A stretch of DNA of 64,000 nt from NCBI GenBank assembly GCA_965240325.2, contig OZ251240.1, positions 1,550,001 to 1,614,000 of the forward strand, written 5' to 3'. The position numbers and the translations under genes were made by a program. The stretch is from Rebecca billardiae RCC1528 (taxonomy: Eukaryota; Protista; Haptophyta). Below are positions 22,663 to 34,370 of this stretch, piece by piece. The notes under the pieces are model-generated. The model saw nothing but the letters and a program-made list of their open reading frames with translations, did no database searches and was not told the origin of the DNA. Within the stretch, counting starts at the first letter, position 1. The number at the start of each line of letters is the position of its first letter.

Positions 22663-23478
22663 TCACTTCGCCGAGCGCTCCAGCAGGGCGCCGACGCAGA
22701 AGAGGACCATCGCCGCGATCGCGACCGCCGCCCCGTACCACCCTGCGAGCGTGAGCGCCGTCATGATGCCGCCGGCCAAGGCGACGCCGAGGCCGATGGA
22801 GCCGATGGCGAGCGAGAAGGGGATTCCCAGGATGTGCGCGATCATCGCGCCCGTCCAGCCGCCCGTGCCCGGGAGCGGGATGCCGACGAAGAGCGCGAGG
22901 CCGAGCCCGATCGAGCCCTCGTCGATGCCCTTCATCTTGCTGCGCGCCTTGTCGAGGACCGGCTTGAGGAGCTTCTCGACGAGCGGGAGGCGGAGCGCCG
23001 CGAGGAGGAGCGCCACCGCCGCGGTGTTCCCGAGCACGCACACGACGAACGTGCGCAGCGGCGACACGCCCATCCACGCGCCGACCGGCACCGCGCCGCG
23101 CAGCTCGATCACAGGCAGCGTCGAGATGAGCACGAGGATCAGCTCGTTCGGCAGGCCGAATGACTGGAGCCAGAGCGAGAGCTTCTGGCCGATGTGCAGC
23201 TTGGCCGGGGCAGACGCCGACGCCGCGGCCGCCGCCCACGCCGGCATGGTTGCCGCGAGGAGCGGCAGTGCGGCTGCCGTGGTGAGCGCGGCGCGCACGA
23301 GTGGCCGCAGCGGCACGCGCGACGGCTTCTCCAGCACGGCCAGCTTCGGCGCAGGCGCGGGCGCGGCGTGGCTCATCGCCACGAGGCGGGGCGGTGCGAC
23401 CCCTGCGCGCGCCACGTGCGCTCGCCCCAGCGGCGGCGCCGAGAAGCCCAGCAGCGCGATCGTGAATGCCGTGAGCAT
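22663..23478 (-). CDS. COG2426 / putative small multidrug export family membrane protein, probably plastid-targeted
   Basis: PVIELRGAVP and FVGIPLPGTGGWTG signatures; leader MLTAFTIALLG-FSAP plus transit-like stretch. Confidence 0.9.
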   Translation of the reverse strand: MLTAFTIALLGFSAPPLGRAHVARAGVAPPRLVAMSHAAPAPAPKLAVLEKPSRVPLRPLVRAALTTAAALPLLAATMPAWAAAAASASAPAKLHIGQKLSLWLQSFGLPNELILVLISTLPVIELRGAVPVGAWMGVSPLRTFVVCVLGNTAAVALLLAALRLPLVEKLLKPVLDKARSKMKGIDEGSIGLGLALFVGIPLPGTGGWTGAMIAHILGIPFSLAIGSIGLGVALAGGIMTALTLAGWYGAAVAIAAMVLFCVGALLERSAK

Positions 23479-23748
23479 CGTGCCGCCGTCGGGTCGGTGG
23501 TTTGCGCCGACAGCAAGTCGCGTCGGCGGCGCGCGCTGGGCGGGCGGTGCGACCCCGCCAACCGTGGCGGAGGGGTCCGGAAAAAAAGCAGCCGGAATCT
23601 GCTGGTGCGGAGATACACACTGTTAGTGTTAGCAGTGTCTGTAGGCCTGGATCGAATCATGTCGTCGGGCCCTGACTCCTGAGGCAGCCCGAGTCTGAGG
23701 TCCCGGGCCCGGCGGCCGGAGCCTCGAGCCCTTCACAGACAGAGTCGA

Positions 23749-24696
23749 TCATCGATGCCGTGTCGTCGTGTGCGGTCTCGTGCGCAGCATCGCGCGGAGC
23801 TCCGGTGGCACACCGGCGGCCATCAGCGCGCGATGCACCTTCGCGTAGTTGTAGATCTTCCTGTAGTGCGGCGGCGGCGGCGGGCGCGTGCCGCTCAGCG
23901 GGCGCAGCGTCGCCGCGATGTCCTCCAGCCGCGCCGGCAGGCCCCACGCGGTGAGCACGCGCTTGTACGCGACGGCGGAGGCCATGAGCGCGCCCGGGTC
24001 GTGCGTGAACTCGGCGAGCGCCTCGGTGGTCACGTCGAACGGCGGCATGGCGTAGCCCCGCGCGGCCAGCTTCAGGCGCCGCGTGCGAGCCAGCCGGTGC
24101 AGCTTTGCGAGGTGGGGCACGATCGCGCTCACGTTGATGCGCGCGAACGCGGGCGGCGGCGGCGCGCCGAACTTGGGCCTTCGAAGGAAGCACGCCGGCG
24201 CCGCGGAGCCGTTGCGGTAGACGGGCACGCCGACCCCGTGCCCGGTCATCGAGACGAAGCAGTCGACGATGTTGCACACCGCCTTGTCGAGCGCGTTGGC
24301 GCGGTACACGTGGACGACGCGCGCGCGCACGGCTTGGAACGCGCGCGCCATCGCCTCGCTGTGCAGCTCGCGGATGTCCGCCTTGAAGACGAGCGCGCGG
24401 CCGCGCGCCTTTTGTCGCTCGTACATGGCCAGGAACGCGCCCGCCTCGCCTCGCTCGGGCGTGTACAGCGGGTTCTTCTCCTTTCTCAGCAGCTCGAACT
24501 CGTGCATGCCGACCGCCACGCGCGTCACGTTGGCGACGAGCCTGCGCAGCGTGCCGGTGACGAAGGTCGAGCCGGCGCAGCCCTGCATCGCGACTGCGCG
24601 CGGAGCGACGTCCACGGCTTGCGCGGCGACGGCGTGCAGCGCGGCCGCTGTGGTAGCCAAGACCGTCAGCGCGCTCAGGCGGGCGGGGCGCGCCAT
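23749..24696 (-). CDS. Secreted/Golgi protein, probable Stf0-like sulfotransferase
   Basis: Signal peptide; AVAMQGCAGSTFV resembles a 5'-PSB loop; LVFK; VVHVYRANALDKAVC resembles the Stf0-type 3'-PB (R-N-L---VS); C-terminal KIYNYAKV. The ORF is confident, the function tentative. Confidence 0.55.
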   Translation of the reverse strand: MARPARLSALTVLATTAAALHAVAAQAVDVAPRAVAMQGCAGSTFVTGTLRRLVANVTRVAVGMHEFELLRKEKNPLYTPERGEAGAFLAMYERQKARGRALVFKADIRELHSEAMARAFQAVRARVVHVYRANALDKAVCNIVDCFVSMTGHGVGVPVYRNGSAAPACFLRRPKFGAPPPPAFARINVSAIVPHLAKLHRLARTRRLKLAARGYAMPPFDVTTEALAEFTHDPGALMASAVAYKRVLTAWGLPARLEDIAATLRPLSGTRPPPPPHYRKIYNYAKVHRALMAAGVPPELRAMLRTRPHTTTRHR

Positions 24697-25395
24697 CGTG
24701 CAGGGACACCGGCCGGCACTCCGGCAGCATGAGCGATTGGAGCGCGATATTATTGATTGTAGAAAAGAAATTCACTCGTCGTCACCGTCATCCGCGCGAA
24801 TATCGCCGCGCCCGTGCTCGAATACTGAAGATGCGCACTATTATTATGCTATACGCTACAGGCCGCCGCCAGAGGTGATGTGTAGTCGTCTTGGTATGTT
24901 CATCATCATGCAGATATAGACTGTAATGAGCACGCAGAGCATCGTCCGACTGTGAGTGTCAGATGTCGCGCGCGCTCGGGCAGCAGCGCCGCGCGGCGGT
25001 GGCGGCGCCTAAGCCCGGGCACATCTGACAGCAGAGCGCGAGTGCGGCCAGCGCATGCGTCGGCAGGGCGGGGCGGCGGTGCGAGCAGTGCCAGTCCAGC
25101 ACGGCGCGCGCGCGCGCGCGGCTGCGCGTGCCCCACGCCGGCCGCTGCGCACGAGGCGAAGCACACTCTGGCTCGGCCGCGCGCCGGGCGCGTGCGGCCC
25201 TGCGAGTGCGCGCGCGTGAGAGAGAGGCAGGGGAGTCCAAGAAGAGTCCAAACGGAAGGAAGGTTGGGCCGCGCGGCGTCGAGAGCGGCCGCGCAGGCCC
25301 TCGCCGCCGGCGCGAAGCCCGCGCTGCAGCCCGCCTCCGGCCGCTCACGCCGGCGCCGCCGCCCACGGCGCCGCCGGCGGTACGCGGCCGTCCGC

Positions 25396-27343
25396 TCACG
25401 GCGCCGCCGGCGTGATGGCGTAGGCGGGCGGCGGCGCAGTCGGCCGCGTGCCGATCCAATACAGCATGTTGGTGCGCGAGCCGCCGTCCTCGTAGACGCT
25501 CACCTTGGCGTCGAGCTCGCCGCGCGCGGCGGGCGGGTCGTAGATGGCGTGCAGCGCGACGACGAACGGCACCCAAGGCGTGTCCATCCCGTCGAAGCTG
25601 CCCATCGACGCATACTGCTCGCGCACAAAATCGGCGGGCAGCAGCGCCTCGGTGACGGGCGTGATCGGCATGATGTTGATGCCGACGACGTACTCGGCCT
25701 TCTCGCCGAACCAGGTGGAGGCCTCGACGTCGGAGGCGCCGACGATGCCCATCATGCGCACGCGCTTCACGAGCGACGCGTCGTACACCTGCGACGTCGA
25801 GGGCACGTGCCAGTACCGGTGCGCCGCGCGCAGCTCCATAGCGAGCAGCAGCCGCGCCCAGTCGGCGAGCTCGGGCGCGCCGACCGCGTCCGCGGCGAGC
25901 GCGGCGCCGTAGTACGCGTTCACCGCCTCGGAGGAGGACTCCTGCGACTTGGAGTCGGGCATCGGGAAGAGCCCCGACGCCCACGAGTGCCCGTCGTACA
26001 GATCCTTGTGCCGCGCCGTCGGGAAGCGCGCGCCCTTGGCGTCGGCGGCGCCGAGCGGCGCGGCAAAGTCGTGAACCAAGTCGAGGATCGCGCCGCGGTG
26101 CCTTGCGCACAGCCCGGCGTCCATCTTGCACGCGACGGCGGCGGCGTAGGTGAGGTAGCCGTAGTGGAAGTGGTGGTCGTTGTACCGCCCGTTGCCGTAG
26201 TCCGCGCGCGACGACGCGAGGCCGGTGCGCGTGCACAGCCCGCCGTACACCGAATCGTACACGAGCGCCCCCGAGCCGCGCGCGTCCGGCGCGCCGAGCG
26301 CGACGTTGGCGGCGCTCAGCCACGGGTCGAGCGCGGTGCTGAGCGCCTCGCTCGCGGCGCGCCGGCTCTCCTCGTCGGCGAGCTGCTCGGCGATCAGCGC
26401 GAGGCGCGCGAGCCGCGCCGCCTGCTTGCCGAAGCCGTACACGTCCTTTGCGTCGGGGCTCTTCACGTTCGGGTTGGGCTGCGCGAGCTCGGCGTGCAGC
26501 GCCTGCAGAATGTCAGGCACAGCCTGGCCTTGGATGGGCGTGGGCGCGTACCACGAGATCGGGTTGACGGGCTCGCGCACGGCCCACGCGCGCCCCTTGA
26601 CGGGGCTCATCAGCCCCTTGAGCGAGTCGAACTTGGGGTGCGTCTGCGCCTGCCCCGCCGAGAGGGAGTCCATGTGGTGCGGCAGCAGCAGCGTGACGTA
26701 ATCCTCGGCTGACGTGCCCGGCTCGCCGCCCGCGAGGAGCCACTCGAAGCGCAGCTCTGAGGCCTCGCCGCCCTGCGGCATGGCCATGTGGTGCTGCGCG
26801 GAGGCGTTCACGCCGGTGGCGTACGGCGCGCGCGCCAGCTTGAGCAGCGCCGCCTCGTCGTGCTCGCTCCCCGCCATGCCCACGCGCACCGTCCCCACGA
26901 ACCCCTCGCCGAACGTGAGCGCGTTGCCGTCCGCGCCGCGCGTCCACACGAGGTTGACCGGGTGTTGCGTCGCGAGGAGCCAGCGCGCGCCCGAGCCGAG
27001 CGTGAGGCGGAAGAGGCGGCCCGGGCCGACGCGCGTGGGCGCGGGCGGCGGCGGCGACGGCGGCGGGTGGTGCGGCGGCGTGGGCGGCGGCGCGGGCGGC
27101 GGGTGGCGCGGCGGCGACGAGGGCGGCGACGAGGGCGGCGGCGCGGGCGGCGGCTGCGGCGCGGGCGGCGGCGACGGCCCGGCGACGACCGACTGCGCCT
27201 CGTTCCCGCCGACGCCGCAGCACGCGAGCATCACGCCGTTGCTCAGCGGGCAGCAGTCGCCATCGATCATCGCGTCCGCCAGCGGCGCGCACGCAGGGTG
27301 CGCCGAGCAGCGCGCCTTGTCCGCCGCGGCGCCGCGCGCGCGC

Positions 27344-27378
<35 letters not shown>

Positions 27379-28305
27379 GGCGGCGTCGGGCGCGGGCGCG
27401 TCGAGCGCGGCGGTCTCGTTCGTCTCGCCGAGCGCGCGCCCCGCGCCGCCGCCCTTGCCCTTCCCCTTCCCGCCGCCCTTCCCCTTCCCCGCGCCGCTCG
27501 GCGCCGCCGCCCGCGCCGGCGCCGACGGCAGCACGTCCACCTTGACGAAACCAAAGTCAGACTCGAGCCGCGGCGTCGAGCGCACGCCGCCCTTGCGGCC
27601 CCACTCGGTGACGAGCCACGGCGCGCCGCGCGCGAGGCGCGCGACGAACGAGCCGCCCGGGCCGCTCACGTTCATCGCGAGCGTCAGCGCCGACGCCGCC
27701 GTCACGCGGTGCGCGAAGCCGCGGTCGATGCCGGTCGGCGCCGGGCCGTGCTTGTGCGCCTTGGCGACGGTGAGCAGGACGTCGCACGCAAAGTAGTCGG
27801 CCTCCTTCTTGGGCTCGACGTGGCGGCGCGCGGGGCCGTACGAGACCTCGAGCCCCCGCCCCTGGTTGCGCACGGCGTACGGCAGCGGCACCACCGGCAG
27901 CGAGCCCGTCGGGATCTTGTCGTCTCCGAGCGCGAGATTGGTCCACCACGCGCCCGTCGGGAACGGGATCCCGACGGCGCCCCAGTGCGGCGAGGGCTTG
28001 AGCGGGTTGGCGACCTCGTCCCACGGGCCCTGGAGCGCCGCGAGCGGCAGCGCCACCCGCGAGAACGCGAGCGAGCCCGGCGCGTACCCCGCGCGCGACG
28101 CGAGGCCAATCACCGCCGCCGCGGCGACCGAGAGCGCGCAGAGCACGCCGACGCGCGCGCACGACGTGGGCGGGGCGGCGGGCCGGCGGTCGGGGCCGTC
28201 GAGCAGGGGCTCGGCGGCGACGTGCGCCGAGGCGCCCAGCTCGAGGTACGGCGCCTCGCCCTCGCCCGCCTCGCCGCGCGCCGCGCTGGAGATCGCCGGC
28301 TTCAT
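25396..28305 (-). CDS. GH81 endo-1,3-beta-glucanase, type II membrane-anchored, with Cys-rich insert
   Basis: PTGAWWTNL, YGFGK, YNDHHFHYGY, HSWASG, QESSSEA, GINIMP motifs; N-terminal TM (VGVLCALSVAAAAVIGL). Confidence 0.95.
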
Positions 28306-28503
28306 TTGCGCCTGCCTGCGCGTTCGGCTGCGAGTCGCGTGCTTTGACGACGAGTTGAGTGGCGGCCGGGGAGCTCAAAAGCCGTTTCATCGAGATTTCG
28401 TAAACGAGATGGCATCTGGAGCGCCCGGACCGGCATGGCCTCCAGCCGGACGGAGCGGCCACCGGCCCGCTGCGCGTTGCGATTTGAAGGACGGTGCTCT
28501 GCC

Positions 28504-31500
28504 ATGGCGCGGCGGACGACGCTCAGCGCGAGCTTCCTGGAGGGCATGTCGGCGGATGTGCTGGCCGACATTGCGCCGGAGATGGCGCGCAGTCGGACCG
28601 GCTCGTCGCGCTCCGGGAGCGCCGGCACCTCCACCGCGCCGCCGTCGCGCCACGTGTCCGTGCCGAGCACGCCGCCGCGCGCGCGCAGCCGCGCCTCGTC
28701 CGCGGCCGCTTCGCCGCCGGCGCGGCTCGAGCGCACGCTCAGCCCGGGCTTCCTCAGCACGATGTCGGCGGAGGTGCTCGGCGAGCTCGCGGGCGTGCAG
28801 CCGGCGGGCGCCGGCGGGCGCGCCCACGGCCGCGCGAGCGGCGCCGAGGCCGCAGCCACGAGCGCGCTGCTCGACCTCGCCGCCGCGCGCTCCGCCGCCT
28901 CGCCGCCGCGCGCGCGCACGCCGTCGAGCCCGTCCGCCTCGAGCGCGCGCTCGCCGCGCGCGCAGTCGCACCCGTCCAGCCCCGCGCGCGCCGAGCTCGC
29001 CAGCGCATCCGCCGTGCTGCGGGGCACCGCGCCCGCGCCGCCGCCCGCGGCCGGCTCGCGCCGCGGCAGCCGCACGCCTGTCCTCTCAGAGGCGTTCATC
29101 GCGTCGCTCTCGCCGCACGCGCTCGAGGAGCTCGCGCCGGGCGGCGGCGCGTCCTCCGCCGCCTCGCCCGCCGAGCGCTCGCCCGCGGCCCGCTCGGAGC
29201 CGCGGCGCGGCGCGGCGGAGGAGGGCGCGGCGGCCGGTGCGCCCAAGCGCGAGCCGGCGGCGTGTGGCCCAGGCCCAGCGCTGCCGAGCCGGCCGGCGAC
29301 GGCGTCCGTCTCGTTGCGCGCGTACGTCCCGGAGGGCTCCGCGCGCCGCGCGCCGAGCTCGCCGCGTGACGCCGCCGAGCGCGCCGCGCTCGGCGGCGGC
29401 GAGGCGGTGTCGGGTGCCAGCGGCGGCGGCGGCGTGAGCAGCGCCGGGCTCGGGCGGGCCGGCGCACCCGTGCGCGATGGCTACGGCGCGCGCGGCGCCG
29501 AGCCGAGCACCTCGCCGCCGCCGAGCAGCGCCCGGGCCGCGCCGGGCGAGGGCGGCGAGGCCGCGCGGCCGCGCGCCGCCGCGGACGGCGCGGGCGCGAG
29601 CGCGGCCGGCGCGCGCAGCCCGCGCGCCGACGCCTCGGCGGCCGGCAGCTGCTCGCGCGGCGGCAGCAGCAGCCCGGCCGACGCGCGGGCAGAGGCGGCG
29701 GAGCAGAAGGCGGCGGCGGCGCGCGCTCGCTCGCCTGTTGGGGCGGCGCGCGCCGCGCCATCCAGCCCGCGGGCTCGCACGCCGCCGAGCGCCGCCGCCG
29801 TGGCCGCGGGCGGCGCGGCGGCGGCCGAGCTGGCGCGGCCGGCGGCGGCGGCGGAGGGGCGGCGGGCGCCGAGCGGCGGCTCGCCGCCCGAGACCTCCGC
29901 CGCGGCGCGGGCGCACGGGCTTGGCCCGTGGGAGCATGCGGAGCGCGCGGCTGAGCCGGCGGCGCGCGCGCGCTCGGCGGCGGAGCCGCGCCCTCCGCCG
30001 GCGTCGCCCGGCGCGCGGCGCGGCGCGAGCGACGGCGACACGAGCGCGGCCGAGCGGCGCGGCGGCCGAGCCGCCGCCGCCGCCGCGTTCGACGTGACGC
30101 CGCCGCCGGCCGCGCGGAGCGGCGGCGGAAGCGTCGGCCGAAGCTTCCGGCTGGTCGTGTGCCACGTGTGCGGGCGCGAGCACGGCGCGCCCTCGCTGCG
30201 CATGCACGTGAGCGCGTGCCTGCGCCGCCGCGAGGCGGAGCAAGACGCGCTGCCGCCCGCGCTGCGCACGCGGCCGCCGCAGCTGCGCGCGGGCGCGCCG
30301 TCGCCGCCGCGCGCGTCGAATGTGCCCGGCCGTTACTTTGACGGTTACAACGAGGCGGCGCGCGAGGCGTACGAGCGCTCGCTGCCGGTGTGCACGCGGT
30401 GCAAGGCGCCCTTCCGCCCGACGGCCGACGGCGCGGGCGGCGCCGCCGGGCCGCCGCGCGCGGCCTCGGCGCGGCGCCGCCCGCGCGGCGCCGGCGCCGC
30501 CGGCGCGTGCGTGTGCGCAGACTGTGGCGGCGCGGCGCGCGCCGGCCGGCGCGACGGGGCGGAGCGCGCGGCGCTCGCGCACGGCTCGTTCGTGACGGTG
30601 GTCGAGCCGGCGGTCGGCGCCGAGCGGAGCGCGCGCGAGGCGCGCCGCGCCGCGGCGGCGGCGAGCGTCGAAGTGGCGTGGGCGGAGGCGCACGCGCGCG
30701 AGGCGGCGGCGCGGCGCGCGCGCGAGGGGCGTTGGCGCGAGGCTGCGGGCGGCGGCGGCGGGCAGCCGGGCTCGCCGTACGCGGAGGCGCAGCACCGAGC
30801 CGCGCGCGCGCGCGCGGGCGCGCCGATGCCGCCGGCGGGCGTCGCGAGCGCGCGCGCCGGCGGCGCCGAGCGCGGCGCGGGCGCGGGCGGGCCCGGCGGG
30901 CCGTGCGGCGCCGGCGGCGCGCGCGGCGCGCACGGCGGCGGCTGGCGCGGCGGCGGCGCGGCGGCGGCGGCGCGGCAGTCGGCCGGGACGCAGTACGAGC
31001 CGCCGCACCCGTCGGACGCGGAGCTCGCGCTGCTCTACACCGCGCGGCTCGCCGCGGTCCCGCTGCCGGCCGCGGCGCGCGCCGGCGGCGCGGCCGCGGC
31101 CGCGCCCGCCGCGCCGCCCGGCGGCGCGGCCGGCGCCGGCGCTGCGCTCGCGACGTGCGAGCGCGTGCGCGCGCTCGAGGCGTCCGCGGCCGAGATCGCG
31201 GCGGAGGTGGCCGCCGCGGCGGGGGAGGATGCGGCCGCGCTCGTCGAGGAGGCGAACGCCGACGCGGAGGCCGCGGCGGCCCTGGCCGCCGGCGCGCGCG
31301 AGCGCGCCGTCGCGGAGGCGCGCGCGGCGCACCGCGCAGCGGCCGCGGCGACGGCGGCGCGCGCCGAAGCGGACGCGCTGCGCGCGCGCGCGCCGCCGCC
31401 TCCCCGGCCGCCGCCGCCGCCCGCGGGCGGCGTGCCGCCCGCGGACGAGGAGGCGGAGGCGGAGCGCCGCGCGCCGCGAGCGCCCGCCGCCCCGCCGCCT

Positions 31501-32665
31501 CGCCAGCCCTCGCCGAGCCCAACGGCCGCCGCCGCCGCCGCCAAGCGGCCGACAGCGGCAGACGTCGCGGCCGCCGCCGCCGCGCACGCGGACGCGGTGA
31601 GCTGCCTGCGCGCCGCCGCGGAGGAGCGGGTGCACGACGAGCTTCGGTGCGTCGGCGCGCGCGCGACCGACCGACCGGCCGACCGACCGGCCGGCCGGCC
31701 GATGGGTCGCGGCGCCGCCTGCCGCGTCGCCAGCGCGCGCTCCACTCTTTGCCGCGCCGCGCCGCCGCCGCGCTGGCCGGGTGCTGGCGGCGCGCGTGCT
31801 CCGGGCCGCGCGCGCTCGGTCGGCCGTGGCATTGCGGCGTGGCTGACGCGCGCACGGCCCCCGCCCCCCCCCCTCCCTACCCCGCGCGCGCGCGCACGCC
31901 GCGTGCCGCAGCCACGGCGCCGCGCTCGCCGCGCGCCCGGCGAGCGCCCAGCGCGAGCGGCAGCGCGCGCGAAGCTCGGCCCAGCTCGCGCACCGGCAGC
32001 ATCTCGCGTTCGCGGCGCCGCAGCTGGCGCGCGGCACGGCGGAGGCGGGCGAGGCGGCGCGCGCGTGCGCGGCGGTGGACGGGCACGTGGCGGACCGGAG
32101 CGCGGCGCACGCCTCCGCGCTCGCCGACGTCGCCGCCGCCGAGGCCGACGCGCACGCGCTCGACGCCATGCTGCGGCCGCGCGGCGGCGCGCGAGGCGTC
32201 GGCGTGCCTTCGATGCGAGGCCTCCGCGCGTCAGTTGACGGGCTGGGCACGCTCGGCGGCGGCGGCGGCGCACGCGGCGGCGGCGGCGGGCCGACGGGGC
32301 TGCAGGCGCTCAAGATCAAGTACGACCTCCTCTGCGCCGCGCTGCTCGACGACGCCGACGAGCCGCCCGGTCCGGAGGACGAGGCGGCGGCGGCCGGACT
32401 CTGGGGGCCCGACGCGGTCGGCGGCGCGGACGGCGGCGGCGGCGGCGCGGACGGTCGCGGCGCGCGGCCCCGCGGCCGAGCCGACGCTGGCGCGGCGCGG
32501 CACGCGCACGGGGCAGCCTACGCCGCCGCTGGAGGAGGCGCTCGCGCGCGGCTCTTCCACGCGCCCGGCGCCGAGGGCCGCGAGGCGGCAGAGGCGGAGT
32601 ACTGGACCGTCGGCCCAGGCTCCGACGACTTGTCCGATGCTGACGATAACGCTGGCTTTTGGTAG
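28504..32665 (+). CDS. Two-exon low-complexity protein with ZNF474-like zf-C2HC and coiled coil (intron 31647-31911)
   Basis: VVCHVCGREHG..SL.MH...C and YNEAA..AY...L..C.RC...F.P motifs. A phase-2 GTGCGT...CCGCAG intron joins ORF 28435 in frame to ORF 32075-32665. Alternative ATG at 28435. Confidence 0.75.
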
Positions 32666-33364
32666 GGAGCAATATAATCGTGTCACGTTCTTTCAGTAGA
32701 GCAGCAGCATGGTGATGCTGCCGGCGCCACTGATCGCGGCGGGCCGGATCAGGAATCCTCCGCCGCACGCGTCGAATTGCTTTTGCACTGCGAGTGCGGG
32801 CCGGGGACGCGGTCGCGGTCACCGCGGGCGGGCCCCGGCACTGCGGACTGACGCAAGTCACGGCCCACGTCGTCGGCTCTTGCCCCGGGCCCCGGAATAG
32901 CAGTAGCAGTGAGCAGTGACCTCGCTGTCAGCGGCGCGCTCTCGGCCGGCGCGCAGGTGCACGGCGACGACTCAGGACACTGTCACTCGGGTTTAATCGG
33001 AGCCATACGGTGTCCGCGCAAGACCACGGTGTGGCCACGCGGCTGAACGCGTCGGGTTGGTGGAATGGGCTGCCGCGGCAGACAGCGGAGTAGGTCTCGA
33101 AAAGGGCGCGGGGCGCAGGGGAGCGCACGGCATCGTGCTACCGCTGTCTGCGCGCGCCCCACACGCCCGACGGAGGCGACTTGACAAGCAGGGCCGGGAG
33201 CGGCAGCGACGCCATTGTCCGATTGTCCGCTCGCGTCCGGTGGGCGCGCGCATCACGCATGGATGGCCCTCGCCACGTCCCCTCGCCAGCAAGCAGTCGG
33301 AGCACTGAGCAGCCGCCGTCGACGACTGCCGACTGCGCAAATGACGAGGGCGCCGACGACACCC

Positions 33365-33767
33365 ATGCGCACGGCTGCTGCGCTCCTGGTGCTCCTCGCC
33401 GGTGTGGCCGCCGAGCTGGACCCTCGCCGGGACTCGCAACTAGGGCTGTCCAAAGTCGCGGGCCGCGCGCTGGCCGCTCCTGGCCGCCATCTCAGAGGTG
33501 CGCGCACGCCGGCATCCGGCGCGCGCGCGCGCGAGACGGCCGGTGCTCATGCGCCGTCTGCGCGCCGTGTGCCACCATCCGCCCGTCCGCCCCGGCGCGG
33601 GTGCGTTGTCGCGCAGGTGGGAGCAGCTTTGATGGGCAGGGCTGGGGTGGGCAGCAGCAGCATCCGCCCGGGCCGGGGCAGGGCCAGCCGCCCATGTATC
33701 AGCAGCCGTATCAGCAGCAGCAGTGGCAGCAGCAGCCGCCGCCGCAGCAGCAGCCGCAACAGCAGCC

Positions 33768-33831
<64 letters not shown>

Positions 33832-34337
33832 CCGCTCGCGCCGGCGCCACAGCAGATGGGCTGGCAGCAGGCCGGCGGCGGCGGCGGCGTGCTCCCGCCG
33901 CAGCCACAGCCGTCGTTCCTGCCGCCAGACCAGCCGCTGCCGCCGCAGCAGCAGCAGCAGCAGCTGGGTGGCGCGGCGATGGCGCCGCCGGGCGGACTCT
34001 TTGGCCAGCCGCCTGCCGCTGGCGCCGGCGGTGGCATCTTTGGGCCTCCGGCCGGGGCTGCGGACATGGGCGGCGCGCCGGCGCAGATGGGCGGCGTGCT
34101 CGGCGGCATGCCGGGCCAGCCTGCATGGGGCGGGCCCGGCGGCGACGGCGGCGGGCATGGGTCGCTGCTGACGCCGCAGCCGCCGGCGGCGCCCGAGCGG
34201 CCGCCGACGCCCGTGCACGAGACCGAGGTCGACGGCTGCCGGCGCGCCGTGCTCGACTACTGGGACCCGCCGTCGCAGGCATCGGGCGCGGCCGCGGCGC
34301 AGCCGACCGCGCAGCCGCCGCCGGCGGGAGGAGCCGC

Positions 34338-34370
<33 letters not shown>

